Below are positions 10,787 to 19,984 of a DNA stretch of 64,000 nucleotides, piece by piece. The translations under genes were made by a program, and so were the position numbers. This stretch comes from Bradymonadia bacterium. GTDB taxonomy: Bacteria; Myxococcota_A; Bradymonadia; UBA7976; UBA1532. The first letter of the stretch is position 1. The number at the start of each line of letters is the position of its first letter. The stretch spans positions 32,001-96,000 of the forward strand of contig JBKAGE010000081.1 in assembly GCA_046290225.1 (NCBI GenBank). Direction: 5' to 3'. The notes under the pieces were generated by a model. That model saw nothing but the letters and a program-made list of their open reading frames with translations, searched no databases and was not told where the DNA came from.

Positions 10787-11338
10787 TCAGCCCCAGCCGC
10801 GCAGCTTGTTCTCTGCGGTGCGGTAGTCGGCGAGGGCCTTGAGCACCACCTCGCGGGCCTCTTCCGAGTTGCCGAAGCGCTCGACGACCACCTGCTTGTT
10901 CTCCAGAATTTTGTAATCCTCGAAGAAGCGGCGGATCTCGCGGAACATGTGGACCGGCAGCTGGCTGATGTCGCTGTAGTCCATGAAGGCGGGGTCCGTG
11001 ACGTGCACAGCGATGATCTTGTCGTCGGCCTTGCCCTCGTCGGCCATGTGCATGACCCCGATGGCCTTCGCCTGCATGATCGACATGGGGTACACGGGCT
11101 CGTTGCCCACCACCAGCACGTCGAGGGGATCACCGTCGTCGCAGTAACTGCGGGGCAGGAACCCGTAGTTCGCCGGGTAGATCACTGACGAATACAAAAT
11201 CCGGTCGACCCGGAGCATGCCCGAGGGCTTGTCGAGCTCGTACTTCACCTTCGACCCCTTGGGGATCTCGATGACGACGTTAAAGCCTTCTTCGATGTGG
11301 TCGGGGTTGTTGGGCAGATCGTGCCATGGATGAGCCAA
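10787..11338 (-). CDS. ppa: Inorganic pyrophosphatase (family I)
   Basis: HPWHD, EIPKGSKVKYELDK, YPANYGF, DGDPLDV, DDKIIAV, FFEDYK. Confidence 0.97.
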   Translation of the reverse strand: MAHPWHDLPNNPDHIEEGFNVVIEIPKGSKVKYELDKPSGMLRVDRILYSSVIYPANYGFLPRSYCDDGDPLDVLVVGNEPVYPMSIMQAKAIGVMHMADEGKADDKIIAVHVTDPAFMDYSDISQLPVHMFREIRRFFEDYKILENKQVVVERFGNSEEAREVVLKALADYRTAENKLRGWG

Positions 11339-11501
11339 GAGGCCCCCTTTCAGTGCGGACTCTCAGTGGGGATTCGTCCGGTTCTCTGTGGCTGCCGATG
11401 ATGGCAGCTCGAAGGTTCGCGTGTGTGAAGTTTCGGTGATTTTCACTCAGGGCTTTCGAGGTATGGCGAGCAATGTGCGCCTCAACGACCGAAGAATGCC
11501 A

Positions 11502-11714
11502 TCACCGGCGTCGGCGGAAGCGCACCGCCAGCACAGCGCCGATGAGGCCGCCCACGGGGAGACCGATGGCGGCGGCATAGCCAGCGTTGAGGTGCACGTG
11601 GCCGAAGATCACCCCGCCCACGATGGCGAAGATCATGGCGCCGAGGGTGCCGCCGACCCAGAAGCCTTCCAGGAGGGCACCCCAGGGAAACGGGCGGCGA
11701 GGTGACGGGCTCAA
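11502..11714 (-). CDS. Small membrane protein
   Basis: 70 aa with two Gly-rich hydrophobic segments and a basic C-terminus. Confidence 0.55.
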   Translation of the reverse strand: MSPSPRRPFPWGALLEGFWVGGTLGAMIFAIVGGVIFGHVHLNAGYAAAIGLPVGGLIGAVLAVRFRRRR

Positions 11715-11745
11715 GTGAAACGCACCTGGGAGACGCGGGCCGAGT

Positions 11746-12213
11746 TCAGAAGCACGCGTCTTCAGAAGAGTCGCAGAGATCGTTCAGCGCATCGCCGGTG
11801 AGCTCAGTACCGATCCAGGCCACCATCTTGCGCACGGCGCAGTCTTCCCGAGCGGCGCAGACAATGGGATGGTTCTCGCCCACGGTGGCGTTGACGAAGG
11901 GGTTGTCCTCGGGATCGTCCGGATCGATGAGGGACTTCACCGACTTGAAGTTGTCGTCGAGCTGGATGGGATCCGGGCTCTGGATGAGCAGCAACCCGCC
12001 AAGAGGCGAGATGTGGCACCCGGGGTTGCCGCAGCCCATCTGCTCGAGCAGGGGGTTGATGACGGTCTGATAGTCGGCGACGACAGGGCGCTCGATGACC
12101 TCGAGCTGGACCACCTCGCCTTCGCCACAACCTCCCAGAAGCGCAGAGACCGCGATCGCAGCGAAGGCTCTGCTCAGGAGGAGTCGGCGAAGGGGGATTT
12201 GGGGGCATCGCAT
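11746..12213 (-). CDS. Hypothetical Cys-containing lipoprotein
   Basis: Lipobox LLGGC, C-x4-CH motif (CGNPGCH); start taken at ATG 12213. Confidence 0.65.
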   Translation of the reverse strand: MRCPQIPLRRLLLSRAFAAIAVSALLGGCGEGEVVQLEVIERPVVADYQTVINPLLEQMGCGNPGCHISPLGGLLLIQSPDPIQLDDNFKSVKSLIDPDDPEDNPFVNATVGENHPIVCAAREDCAVRKMVAWIGTELTGDALNDLCDSSEDACF

Positions 12214-12329
12214 CGCAGCGACCTCGGCTGGCTGTGGTGGCGTCTGGCGATTCTGCCAGACATGTGCGTCAGGTACAGACCTTAACACGAAGCCCCAGAG
12301 CACAGAGCGCTGCCTGAGGGCGGTGAGGC

Positions 12330-12710
12330 TCAGCCGAACAAGTTGTGGAAGGGCTTGTAGACGGCGAGGTAGGCCGCGGTGCCACCGAGGGCCACGGCGA
12401 GCCACCAGACCACACGGCCCCCAGTGCGCTTGCGGGCCACGACGAGCAGGCCGCCGAGTACCAGCCAGATGACCAGCTTGAAGACAGCCCACCCGGGCCA
12501 GGGCCAGCCGGTGAACTGGAGCCGGGCCAGCAGCCCGAAGCCCCCAGTGAGGGCGATGAGCAGGCCGAGGCCGTGGGTCATGGCCAGAGGCTTGCGCCAC
12601 GGATGATCTTTACCGAGGCCCGCGGTCCCGGCGAGGGCGGCACCGCCGAGGCCGGTGAAGATCATGAAGATCCCCACGAGGTGAAGCACTTTGTAGAACT
12701 CGTACGGCAT
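12330..12710 (-). CDS. Four-TM membrane protein (SirB2/DUF2269-like)
   Basis: YKVLHLVG, HGLGL, W...KL pattern; four hydrophobic helices. Confidence 0.7.
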   Translation of the reverse strand: MPYEFYKVLHLVGIFMIFTGLGGAALAGTAGLGKDHPWRKPLAMTHGLGLLIALTGGFGLLARLQFTGWPWPGWAVFKLVIWLVLGGLLVVARKRTGGRVVWWLAVALGGTAAYLAVYKPFHNLFG

Positions 12711-12907
12711 CGTTCGCTGCTCGCGTCATGTGGATGAAACGGGGCCTATGGATACATCAAAGTCGGCAGAGGTTTTGTGTTTTTTCTGACTCTGGTCGGG
12801 CGCCGGGGCAGAGTCAGGGGTGTCCTGGCTGAAACGAGGCGGGGTTGCTAAGGTGTCTGCTTCTCTTCTTGAGGCGCCTTTTCGAAGGCGCTGCCACGGA
12901 GGATCGC

Positions 12908-14269
12908 ATGATCCACATCGGCTTCGCTTACGGCACCCTCGACATCCGAGGGGTGGAAGACGCCGATCTGCTGCCGGCGTGCTGTCGCTGGGATGCCCGC
13001 AGCCGATCCTACCGGGCCCCGGCCATCGATTACGCCGAGATCGTCATGGCCCTGGTGCGGGCGAAGGTGCCCTACACCGATCATGCTCGGGCGTACACCG
13101 AGATGACCGAGCAGATCCACGCCCGGCGTACCCCGAGGCCCTATCAGGCAGAGGCCATCGAGGCCTGGCAGAAGGCGAAGGGCCGGGGGGTGGTGGTGCT
13201 GCCCACAGGGGCAGGCAAAACCTATGTGGCTTTGATGGCGATCGAGGCCAAGGGCCGGAGCACTTTGGTGGTGGCCCCCACCCTCGATCTGGTGCGGCAA
13301 TGGTACGACAACCTGCGCAACGCCTTCCGGGTGCCCGTGGGCATCGTCGGTGGCGGCGAGTACGACGTACAGGACCTCACCGTCATCACCTACGACTCGG
13401 CTTACCAGCACATGGAGCACCTGGGGTCCCGCTTCGGACTCATCGTCTTCGACGAGTGCCACCATCTGCCTGGTGACGCCTACGGCATGGCCTCGAAGCT
13501 GTGCATTGCCCCCTATCGCCTGGGCCTCACGGCGACTCCGGAGCGTGGCGACGGTCGCCATGAAGAGCTGGTCGAGCTGATCGGCCCCTTCGTCTACCGC
13601 AAACAGATCAACGAGCTCTCCGGCGACTTCCTCGCGGAGTACACCACTGAGCGCATCCTGGTGGATTTGTCCCCGGAGGAGTGGGCCGAGTACCAGGAGG
13701 AGCGGGCCATTTATCGCGATTTCGTGCACCGCAGCGGCATCAGCTTCAAGCGCAAGGGCGGCTGGCAGGAGTTCATCGCCAAGTCTTCCCGGAGCGCCGA
13801 GGGCCGCCGGGCGATGCAGGCCTACCGCCGACAGCGGGCCCTGGCCTTCGCGGCCCCTTCAAAGCTTGAGTACGTGGAGATGCTGCTGCACCAGCACCGT
13901 CGAGATCGCGCGATTTTGTTCACCCAGGACAACGCCACGGCGTACAGCATCGCCCGGCGATTCCTGGTGCCCGTGATCACGCACCAGACCAAGATCAAAG
14001 AGCGCAGCGCCATCTTGCAGGGCCTCGCTGATGGCACCTTCAACGCCCTGAGCACGTCGAAGGTGCTCAATGAAGGGGTCGATGTGCCTGACGCCAACGT
14101 GGCTATCATCATCTCGGGATCGGGCTCGGTGCGGGAGCACGTGCAGCGCCTGGGCCGAATTTTGCGCAAGAAGGGCGACAAGACCGCCACCCTCTACGAG
14201 CTGGTGAGCAACGACACCGCCGAGGCATACACCAGCGAGCGCCGGAGAGATCACGTTGCTTACCGCTGA
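12908..14269 (+). CDS. SF2 DNA helicase, XPB/Rad25-like
   Basis: RPYQ, LPTGAGKT, DECHH, LGLTATP, NEGVDVP, QRLGRILR. Confidence 0.9.
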   Translation: MIHIGFAYGTLDIRGVEDADLLPACCRWDARSRSYRAPAIDYAEIVMALVRAKVPYTDHARAYTEMTEQIHARRTPRPYQAEAIEAWQKAKGRGVVVLPTGAGKTYVALMAIEAKGRSTLVVAPTLDLVRQWYDNLRNAFRVPVGIVGGGEYDVQDLTVITYDSAYQHMEHLGSRFGLIVFDECHHLPGDAYGMASKLCIAPYRLGLTATPERGDGRHEELVELIGPFVYRKQINELSGDFLAEYTTERILVDLSPEEWAEYQEERAIYRDFVHRSGISFKRKGGWQEFIAKSSRSAEGRRAMQAYRRQRALAFAAPSKLEYVEMLLHQHRRDRAILFTQDNATAYSIARRFLVPVITHQTKIKERSAILQGLADGTFNALSTSKVLNEGVDVPDANVAIIISGSGSVREHVQRLGRILRKKGDKTATLYELVSNDTAEAYTSERRRDHVAYR

Positions 14270-15482
14270 TCTGGTGCGGGTCCGCTGCACCAAAGAGGGG
14301 GAGATCCACCTCACCAAGCTGGCGAAGAAGACCCGAGAGCGGGCGCTGGCCATCGCCGAGCACTACATCGACGCCGCCACCCACGGGGTGGGCGATGCCC
14401 GAGAGGCCTTCAACCAGGCCGCAGGGGCGATCAAGCTCTCCCCCCGGGAGTCGAAGCTCGCCGCGGGGTTGCTCAAGCTCGTGACAGATCGCTGTGACTT
14501 CAGCATGGGGGCTGATGTCGATCCACCCACGCTGCGTCTCGAGGTCTTCGCCCTCGCGGCGGCGCGGAGGGCGGCCCTCTCCGAAGGGGACCACTTCGAT
14601 CGTCAGGCGGTCCTCGCCGAGGCTGGCGAAAAGCACGGCCTGGAGGCCGGCTTGCTTGAGCACCTGCTCTTCGCTGATCTCAAGCAGGCCCACGTGCTCA
14701 CGCAGTTTGATCCCATCACACCGGAGCGTCTGCTCGAAGAGTACGAGCTGCAGCAAGCTCAGGCGGTGCTGCTCAAGGCGGTGAAGGTCACGGTTTGGGT
14801 TCGCTGCGCCGACGCTGGGGCGTATCGCACGCTGTTCAACCGCTTGAAGTGGTTGCGCTTGATGTACTCGATCCACCCCGACGGCGAGTCGGGCCGCAAG
14901 GGCCCCAAGGGCTACCGCATCGAGATCGACGGCCCGTTCTCGATGTTCAGCGCCTCGACGAAGTACGGCTTGCAGCTGGCCTTGTCGCTCACGGCCCTCC
15001 GCATGTGCGCCGTCTGGCGACTGAAGGCCGACGTGCGCTGGGGCAAGTACAAGAAGGCGATGACCTTCGAGCTGAGCGGCGAAGGCCCGGGATCTGCGGC
15101 GCCTCTGCGTCTGGCAGACGAGGTGCAGACGCTGATGGAGCGTTTGAACAAGCAGAAGGGCTCCGACTGGCACGCTGCGCCCGCTGCAGAGCTCCTGCAC
15201 CTGCCCGGGGTGGGCATCTGCGCCCCTGATCTGGTGGTGACGCATCCCTCGGGGCGCAAGGTCTTCGTCGAGGTGATGGGGTTCTGGAGCCGCGACGCCG
15301 TCTGGCGCCGAGTCGAGCTCGTCGAGGCGGGGCTGCCCGAGCCCATCATCTTCTGTGTGAGCGCCCGGCTGAGGGTGAGCGAGGCGGCCCTCGATGAAGG
15401 GTTACCGGGATCACTCTACGTCTACAAAGGGGTGGTCAACGCCAAGGCGGTGCTCGAGCGCCTCAACGCCTACCTGACCTGA
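14256..15482 (+). CDS. DUF790 family endonuclease (Bax1-like)
   Basis: MLTADL start, LFADL, DGP.S.F..S.KYG..LA, C-terminal PDL...FVEVMGFW; overlaps the helicase stop. Confidence 0.85.
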   Translation: MLTADLVRVRCTKEGEIHLTKLAKKTRERALAIAEHYIDAATHGVGDAREAFNQAAGAIKLSPRESKLAAGLLKLVTDRCDFSMGADVDPPTLRLEVFALAAARRAALSEGDHFDRQAVLAEAGEKHGLEAGLLEHLLFADLKQAHVLTQFDPITPERLLEEYELQQAQAVLLKAVKVTVWVRCADAGAYRTLFNRLKWLRLMYSIHPDGESGRKGPKGYRIEIDGPFSMFSASTKYGLQLALSLTALRMCAVWRLKADVRWGKYKKAMTFELSGEGPGSAAPLRLADEVQTLMERLNKQKGSDWHAAPAAELLHLPGVGICAPDLVVTHPSGRKVFVEVMGFWSRDAVWRRVELVEAGLPEPIIFCVSARLRVSEAALDEGLPGSLYVYKGVVNAKAVLERLNAYLT

Positions 15483-15575
15483 TCTGTAGTTCTACAGAGT
15501 TTGATGTTGTGCTGCATTCGAAGGTGAGGTTTGATGCGTCACCCCAACGGGGGAGTGACACGATTGGAGATTCCG

Positions 15576-15842
15576 ATGACCCGTATGCACAAGCTCGCCA
15601 TCCTCGCCCTGGCCGTCTCGATGTCCACCGCCTGCGCCAAGGCGAGCAAAGAGGACTGCGCCAAGATCATGCCCAAGATCATGAAGTTCGAGATGGACCT
15701 CAGCGATGATCTGATCAAGACCATGATGGAGGGCGAAGAAGGCAAGAAGCTCATCGAGCAGTGCGCCTCTGACGTGCCCAAGTCCGACGGCGAGTGCGTC
15801 CTCAAGGCCGCCGACAAGGCCGCTTACGAGAAGTGTAAGTAA
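15576..15842 (+). CDS. Small helical disulfide lipoprotein
   Basis: GGAG RBS, lipobox STAC, four further Cys. Confidence 0.75.
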   Translation: MTRMHKLAILALAVSMSTACAKASKEDCAKIMPKIMKFEMDLSDDLIKTMMEGEEGKKLIEQCASDVPKSDGECVLKAADKAAYEKCK

Positions 15843-15923
15843 GCTCCGCCGCTACGGCGGCGTCAGCCGCCGTGAGGCTCACGACGACTGCCCCCACCTC
15901 CACGGCTCCGCGCTGCACGTGCA
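15843..15923 (-). repeat. Internally deleted, inverted copy of the 196-bp structured repeat
   Basis: GCTCCGCCGCTACGGCGGCGTCAGCCGCCGTGA joined to GCTCACGACGACTGCCCCCACCTCC...GCACGTGCA matches the reverse complement of both outer arms of the full copies; begins directly after TAA (15840-15842). Confidence 0.85.
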
Positions 15924-16124
15924 CGACATTTCTCTGACTTATATGGCTGGAGCGTTGGGACCATTGTGTGTCTGACGATGGTCGACAGCCGATTTGTGTG
16001 AAGGTATGTGGAGCTCAGGGTGCCTGTCATGACTGCCATGGCTCTGTAACTTCACGCATGGTGGGTTGGCGGTAGGTCGAATCCCGGTGGGGTTCAGCAA
16101 CGAGATACAGAAGAAGCTCTTTAC

Positions 16125-16292
16125 GCAGGGGAGCGAGCGAATAAGGCGAAGCCTTGAGCGACCCTGCCTACCCGGGAAGGTGCCTGCGTCAGCAGGTGCC
16201 TGAACGTGTACGCGCCAGACGAGGTTGCCCGAAGGGCGACCGAAGGCCCGGCGCCTACGCAGGCAGAGCGCAGCGATGACTGCCTACACAGG
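16125..16292 (+). repeat. Intergenic multi-hairpin element with GNA triloops
   Basis: AAGGC-GAA-GCCTT, GGTTGCCC-GAA-GGGCGACC, GC-GCA-GC inside AGGCAG...CTGCCT, GCAGGG...CCCTGC; single copy in the window. Confidence 0.45.
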
Positions 16293-16319
16293 CTCAGCGT
16301 CAGCATGTGGCGTGCCTTG

Positions 16320-18395
16320 TTAGAAGGCCCCCGTACGCTGGTAGAGCCGGACCGGTCCGGCCGGCGTCTTCACCAGCTTGCCTCCGAGCAGCTTCTCTGC
16401 CGCGCGGTGCCCGACCCACGAAGTGCCCACAAAGTGCCCTTCATGACGACCTGTGAGCACCACGACGTCATCCGGGGTCACCTCGCCCAGCACACAGGGC
16501 GTCTTCGAACACGAGGCCACCACGTGCTGAAGTGAGCCCGCCTGCTTGCCCCAGAGTACGTGTGTCGGCCCGATGCCTGTTGTGCCGGCACGAGGCAAAG
16601 CCCACAGTTGCCCATCTGCGCCCGCCTTGAGCACGAAGGGCGCTCGAGTACGGCCCTTCTCCGCTGAGCAGGCGCCGCCGTCTTCGGTCACTCGCCAGGG
16701 GTACTCCCGATCGTCCGCCAGGGCTTGCACGTCGGCGACAGGCACCTCACAGGCCAGCACATTGAGCCAGTCCGCCAGATCTGTACCCTGAGCGCCTTCG
16801 TCCGCAGGCCGATCATTGCCGAAGACGTCGACGAAGATCGCCATGTGGCCCGCCTCGCCGATCTCGATCAGGTCGAAGGGCTCGTCTCCGCTGAACGGAT
16901 CGAGTGCATCCCACATGATGCCGGCGATGATCTCCTCGCGGTGGTCGCCCGAGACTGTGCCCGTCGTCGTGTCGAAGAAGGTGTCCTCTGCCACGCCCTG
17001 TTGAGTGACCGCCTCGAGATCGATGTGGCGGGTAGATCCCAAGAAGGTGTCGATGCTGTCGGGCACCCCACGGACCATCGCCGCGAAGAAGTAGGCCAGG
17101 CCCTCGCCATAGGCCAGCGTCGGCGTCACCTGTCGGTTGCGGTGAGGCCCACCTGGGGAGTCGTCATGGCTGAAGTGGGCCACGAAGTAATGGCCGAACT
17201 CGTGCAGGATGATGTCGTCGTCGTACTCGTCCGGATCTTCCAGCTGGCCGCCGAGGCTCACCACGTTGCGCGAATAACACGAGCCACAACCAAATGCCTG
17301 ACCACGCTGCCAGTTGAAGGTCAGCGTCGGGGAAGGGGCGTCGACATAGGGCGTGATGAATTCGAAGGCCCGCCAGACCACATCAGCGATGTTCAGGGCG
17401 CCGGCGATTGATTCATCCACAGGGGCCAGGAGCTGCAAGCCCTCCGCGAAGGTCTCAGGCTGAGCTTGCTGAGTAGACAATGCGTAGATCGCCTGGGCGT
17501 TCGTGCGATCGCGGACCACCACCTCGAATCCTTCATAGCGGCTCACCGCCAGGACCTGTACCCAGTGCTTTGCTGCCATCTGGACCGAGCCGGACAATGA
17601 GAAAGCCCCTGACTCATCTGTGAGGGTCTCCAGGGCCACGACACCATCGATGGAGCGGACCAGCTGCACCACCATGCCTCGGGCTGGAGCCGGCACGGGG
17701 TCGAGCAGTCCGCTGGGATCAAAGGGGCGGTCCTCATATTGAACCGTGCCGTCGATCTGGAGCGGCTCAGCATCTGCGAGGGCGAAGAGCGGCGCCGAGA
17801 GGGTGTAGGGGCCCTCGGCGTCTCGGTATCCATAGATGTGCAGGTGGAACACTCGGGGCGCATCGACGGCTGAGAGCGTGAAGCGTTCGAGATCGGTGGC
17901 CGACTCTGAGACCGCCACTGGATTGTCGAAGTCGCCATCGGCGTAGAGCGCCGCGTCGAGATCACCCACATCGTGGCTGAACCCAATGAGCAGCGCACCC
18001 TCGACCCCTGGGGGCAGGGTGAAGGTGTACCAGTCCTCGTCATCAGCGCAGATCTGGCCGTCGCGATCAGCTTCCAGGCCGAACACTGTCGCCGAGCCTG
18101 CCCGGTCATTGCCGTCCGGATCGCAGGGGTCGACCATGGCGTCGATGCCGCCGTCTTCGAGCACGGCATCGGGCGTCTCGGCGTCTGGCTGCGCCATGTC
18201 GACAGGCTCGGCATCGGGCGCCTCTGCGTCAGGTGTATCTGCATCGGCAAGGTCGGCATCGACCGCTTCAGCATCGACGAGGGTCATCGCGCCATCGGCT
18301 GCTGCATCAGGATCGGTCTGATCGACAGAGGTGTCAGAGGACTCACACGCGCCGAGGCAGACCATCAAGGCAAGGAGGGGCCAACGAGACATCAT
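16320..18395 (-). CDS. Lipoprotein zinc metallopeptidase with a PPC-like domain
   Basis: Lipobox LGAC, Asp/Ala/Pro-rich linker, DEDWYTF/DLDAALY, HEFGH with downstream GEGLAYFF; start overlaps the holB stop. Confidence 0.75.
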   Translation of the reverse strand: MMSRWPLLALMVCLGACESSDTSVDQTDPDAAADGAMTLVDAEAVDADLADADTPDAEAPDAEPVDMAQPDAETPDAVLEDGGIDAMVDPCDPDGNDRAGSATVFGLEADRDGQICADDEDWYTFTLPPGVEGALLIGFSHDVGDLDAALYADGDFDNPVAVSESATDLERFTLSAVDAPRVFHLHIYGYRDAEGPYTLSAPLFALADAEPLQIDGTVQYEDRPFDPSGLLDPVPAPARGMVVQLVRSIDGVVALETLTDESGAFSLSGSVQMAAKHWVQVLAVSRYEGFEVVVRDRTNAQAIYALSTQQAQPETFAEGLQLLAPVDESIAGALNIADVVWRAFEFITPYVDAPSPTLTFNWQRGQAFGCGSCYSRNVVSLGGQLEDPDEYDDDIILHEFGHYFVAHFSHDDSPGGPHRNRQVTPTLAYGEGLAYFFAAMVRGVPDSIDTFLGSTRHIDLEAVTQQGVAEDTFFDTTTGTVSGDHREEIIAGIMWDALDPFSGDEPFDLIEIGEAGHMAIFVDVFGNDRPADEGAQGTDLADWLNVLACEVPVADVQALADDREYPWRVTEDGGACSAEKGRTRAPFVLKAGADGQLWALPRAGTTGIGPTHVLWGKQAGSLQHVVASCSKTPCVLGEVTPDDVVVLTGRHEGHFVGTSWVGHRAAEKLLGGKLVKTPAGPVRLYQRTGAF

Positions 18396-19468
18396 CACTC
18401 CACTGCAGAGGCCAGCCGGGCCGCTTGAGCGGAGCGCTGGGCAGGCTTGCTGCTTCGGTGGGACATGGCGAGCTTGAGGCACATGGTCTCGAGCACCATG
18501 CGGGCGTTGGCGGAGCGATAGGCGATGGCCTGCTCAGCATCGCTCACCCACGCCAGACGCTCGAGGACCTGAGGACCCGTCAAGCCCTCGGCGCGTTGCT
18601 GTAGCCGCTCGAGCAGGTCTCGATGTACGAGGTTTTCGGCTGGCATACCGGTCTGTACCAGCAAGACGTCGCGGAACCACGACCGCATGACCTGGAATAC
18701 GAGGGGCAGGTCGGGCTTCCGCCGAGCGAGGCTCTCGGCGAGGTCGATGAGGATGGGCACCTTGTGAATGCCTTCGGGATCGTCGATGCCCTCGATGAGG
18801 CTCAGCCGCTCCGCGAGCACGGGGCTCTCGGCGATCTCGAGCCCTCTGCCGATGGAGCCCTCGGCGAGACCGGCGAGCAAATCAGCCATCTCGGGCTCAA
18901 GGCCGGCCTTCTCGGCAAGGTGCCGCGCCACCACATTGCGAGGCAACGGCCCAAAGCGCACGCGCTGGCAACGGGACAGAATTGTGGGCAGCAGCAGGTG
19001 AGGGGCGGCGCTCACTAGGATGAAGTGGGTGTTGGGCCCTGGCTCTTCGAGGGTCTTCAACAGCGCGTTCGCTGTCGCCGGGTTCATGGCGTGGGCGTCG
19101 AGCAGGATCACCACCCGCCGGTGGGCTTCATAGGCCTTGTAGCTCAAGGCCTGTTGCAGGGTCCTGATCTGGTCGATTTTGATCTGCTGCTCGGGGCTGC
19201 CGTCTTTCTTACGGCCTCGCTGAACGATGTGCAGATCTGGATGCTGGCGCTGTTTGGTCCTCAGGCATGTGTTGCACTGCCCACATGCGTCCCCCATCTC
19301 CAGGGGGGTCTCGCACAGCAGCGCTTCGGCGAGGGCCTGGGCGGTCAACGCCTTTCCGACCCCGTCAGGGCCCGCAAAGAGGTAAGCGTGGTGGAGTCGG
19401 CCCCCATTGAGGGCTCTGCGCAGCGCCTCGATGGGGGCGCTCTGACTTTCGATGGTGCTCAACGACAT
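18395..19468 (-). CDS. holB: DNA polymerase III delta-prime subunit
   Basis: HAYLFAGPDGVGK, CGQCNTC, HPDL, ANALLKTLEEP, TILSRCQ. Confidence 0.93.
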   Translation of the reverse strand: MSLSTIESQSAPIEALRRALNGGRLHHAYLFAGPDGVGKALTAQALAEALLCETPLEMGDACGQCNTCLRTKQRQHPDLHIVQRGRKKDGSPEQQIKIDQIRTLQQALSYKAYEAHRRVVILLDAHAMNPATANALLKTLEEPGPNTHFILVSAAPHLLLPTILSRCQRVRFGPLPRNVVARHLAEKAGLEPEMADLLAGLAEGSIGRGLEIAESPVLAERLSLIEGIDDPEGIHKVPILIDLAESLARRKPDLPLVFQVMRSWFRDVLLVQTGMPAENLVHRDLLERLQQRAEGLTGPQVLERLAWVSDAEQAIAYRSANARMVLETMCLKLAMSHRSSKPAQRSAQAARLASAVE

Positions 19469-19480
19469 AAGGAAGACTTC

Positions 19481-19510
19481 AGGGCAAGGGCAAGGGCAAG
19501 GGCAAGGGCA
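19481..19510 (+). repeat. (AGGGCA)5 tandem hexamer
   Basis: Read directly; 12 nt upstream of the holB start. Confidence 0.95.
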
Positions 19511-19698
19511 AGAGTCGCACGGCCCGATCTTTTATGTCGGAGCATACGGTACGACGACCGCTGAGGGGAGAAGATGTCTGCGCTGTCACGGTTCAGAAGC
19601 AAGGAGCACAAACAGGTGCTGCGAGGGCCAAGGGGTTGGCAACAACCCTCGTAAATCGCACGAGCCTTGGCAAAGAACAGAAGCGTCAAAGCGCCCCA

Positions 19699-19786
19699 CA
19701 AAGCCATAACCCACCTATGCACGTGCCCCCGCGGAGGCGCGGAGACGGTGGCAGTCAGAAGCTCCAAAGAGCCCCAGAAAGTCTCA
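19699..19786 (+). repeat. Partial tandem duplicate of the repeat leader
   Basis: CAAAGCCATAACCCACCTATGCACGTGCCCCCGCGGAGGCGCGGAG then CAGAAGCTCCAAAGAGCCC linker, also seen at 33972-34025. Confidence 0.8.
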
Positions 19787-19982
19787 CAAAGCTATAGCCC
19801 AGGTGTGTACGTGCCCTGCGGAGGCGCGGAGGTGGCGACAGTCGTTGTGAGGTCGGTGAGTTCTCGTTCAGATGCGGGATTTCACCCGCAGGCGCAGCAG
19901 CGCTGCGCCGAGGACGGAAAGGTCGTAGCTGGGCGGGAAATCGCCGGCGTCACGGCGGCTGGCGCCGCCGCAGCGCCGGAGC
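19787..19982 (+). repeat. 196-bp structured dispersed repeat, copy 1
   Basis: Ungapped alignment to 34026-34221 and 61697-61892; ends 2 nt from the fadL-like stop. Confidence 0.95.
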
Positions 19983-19984
19983 AA

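Noticed and set aside
11950..12040. CGNPGCH as a c-type heme site
   Set aside because: Spacing is CX4CH rather than CXXCH and there is no cytochrome context; cannot be supported without homologues
19787..19982. Repeat as an integron attC site
   Set aside because: Stop-adjacent and strand-biased like attC, but it lacks RYYYAAC/GTTRRRY boxes, copies are dispersed among housekeeping genes in both orientations, and no integrase is present
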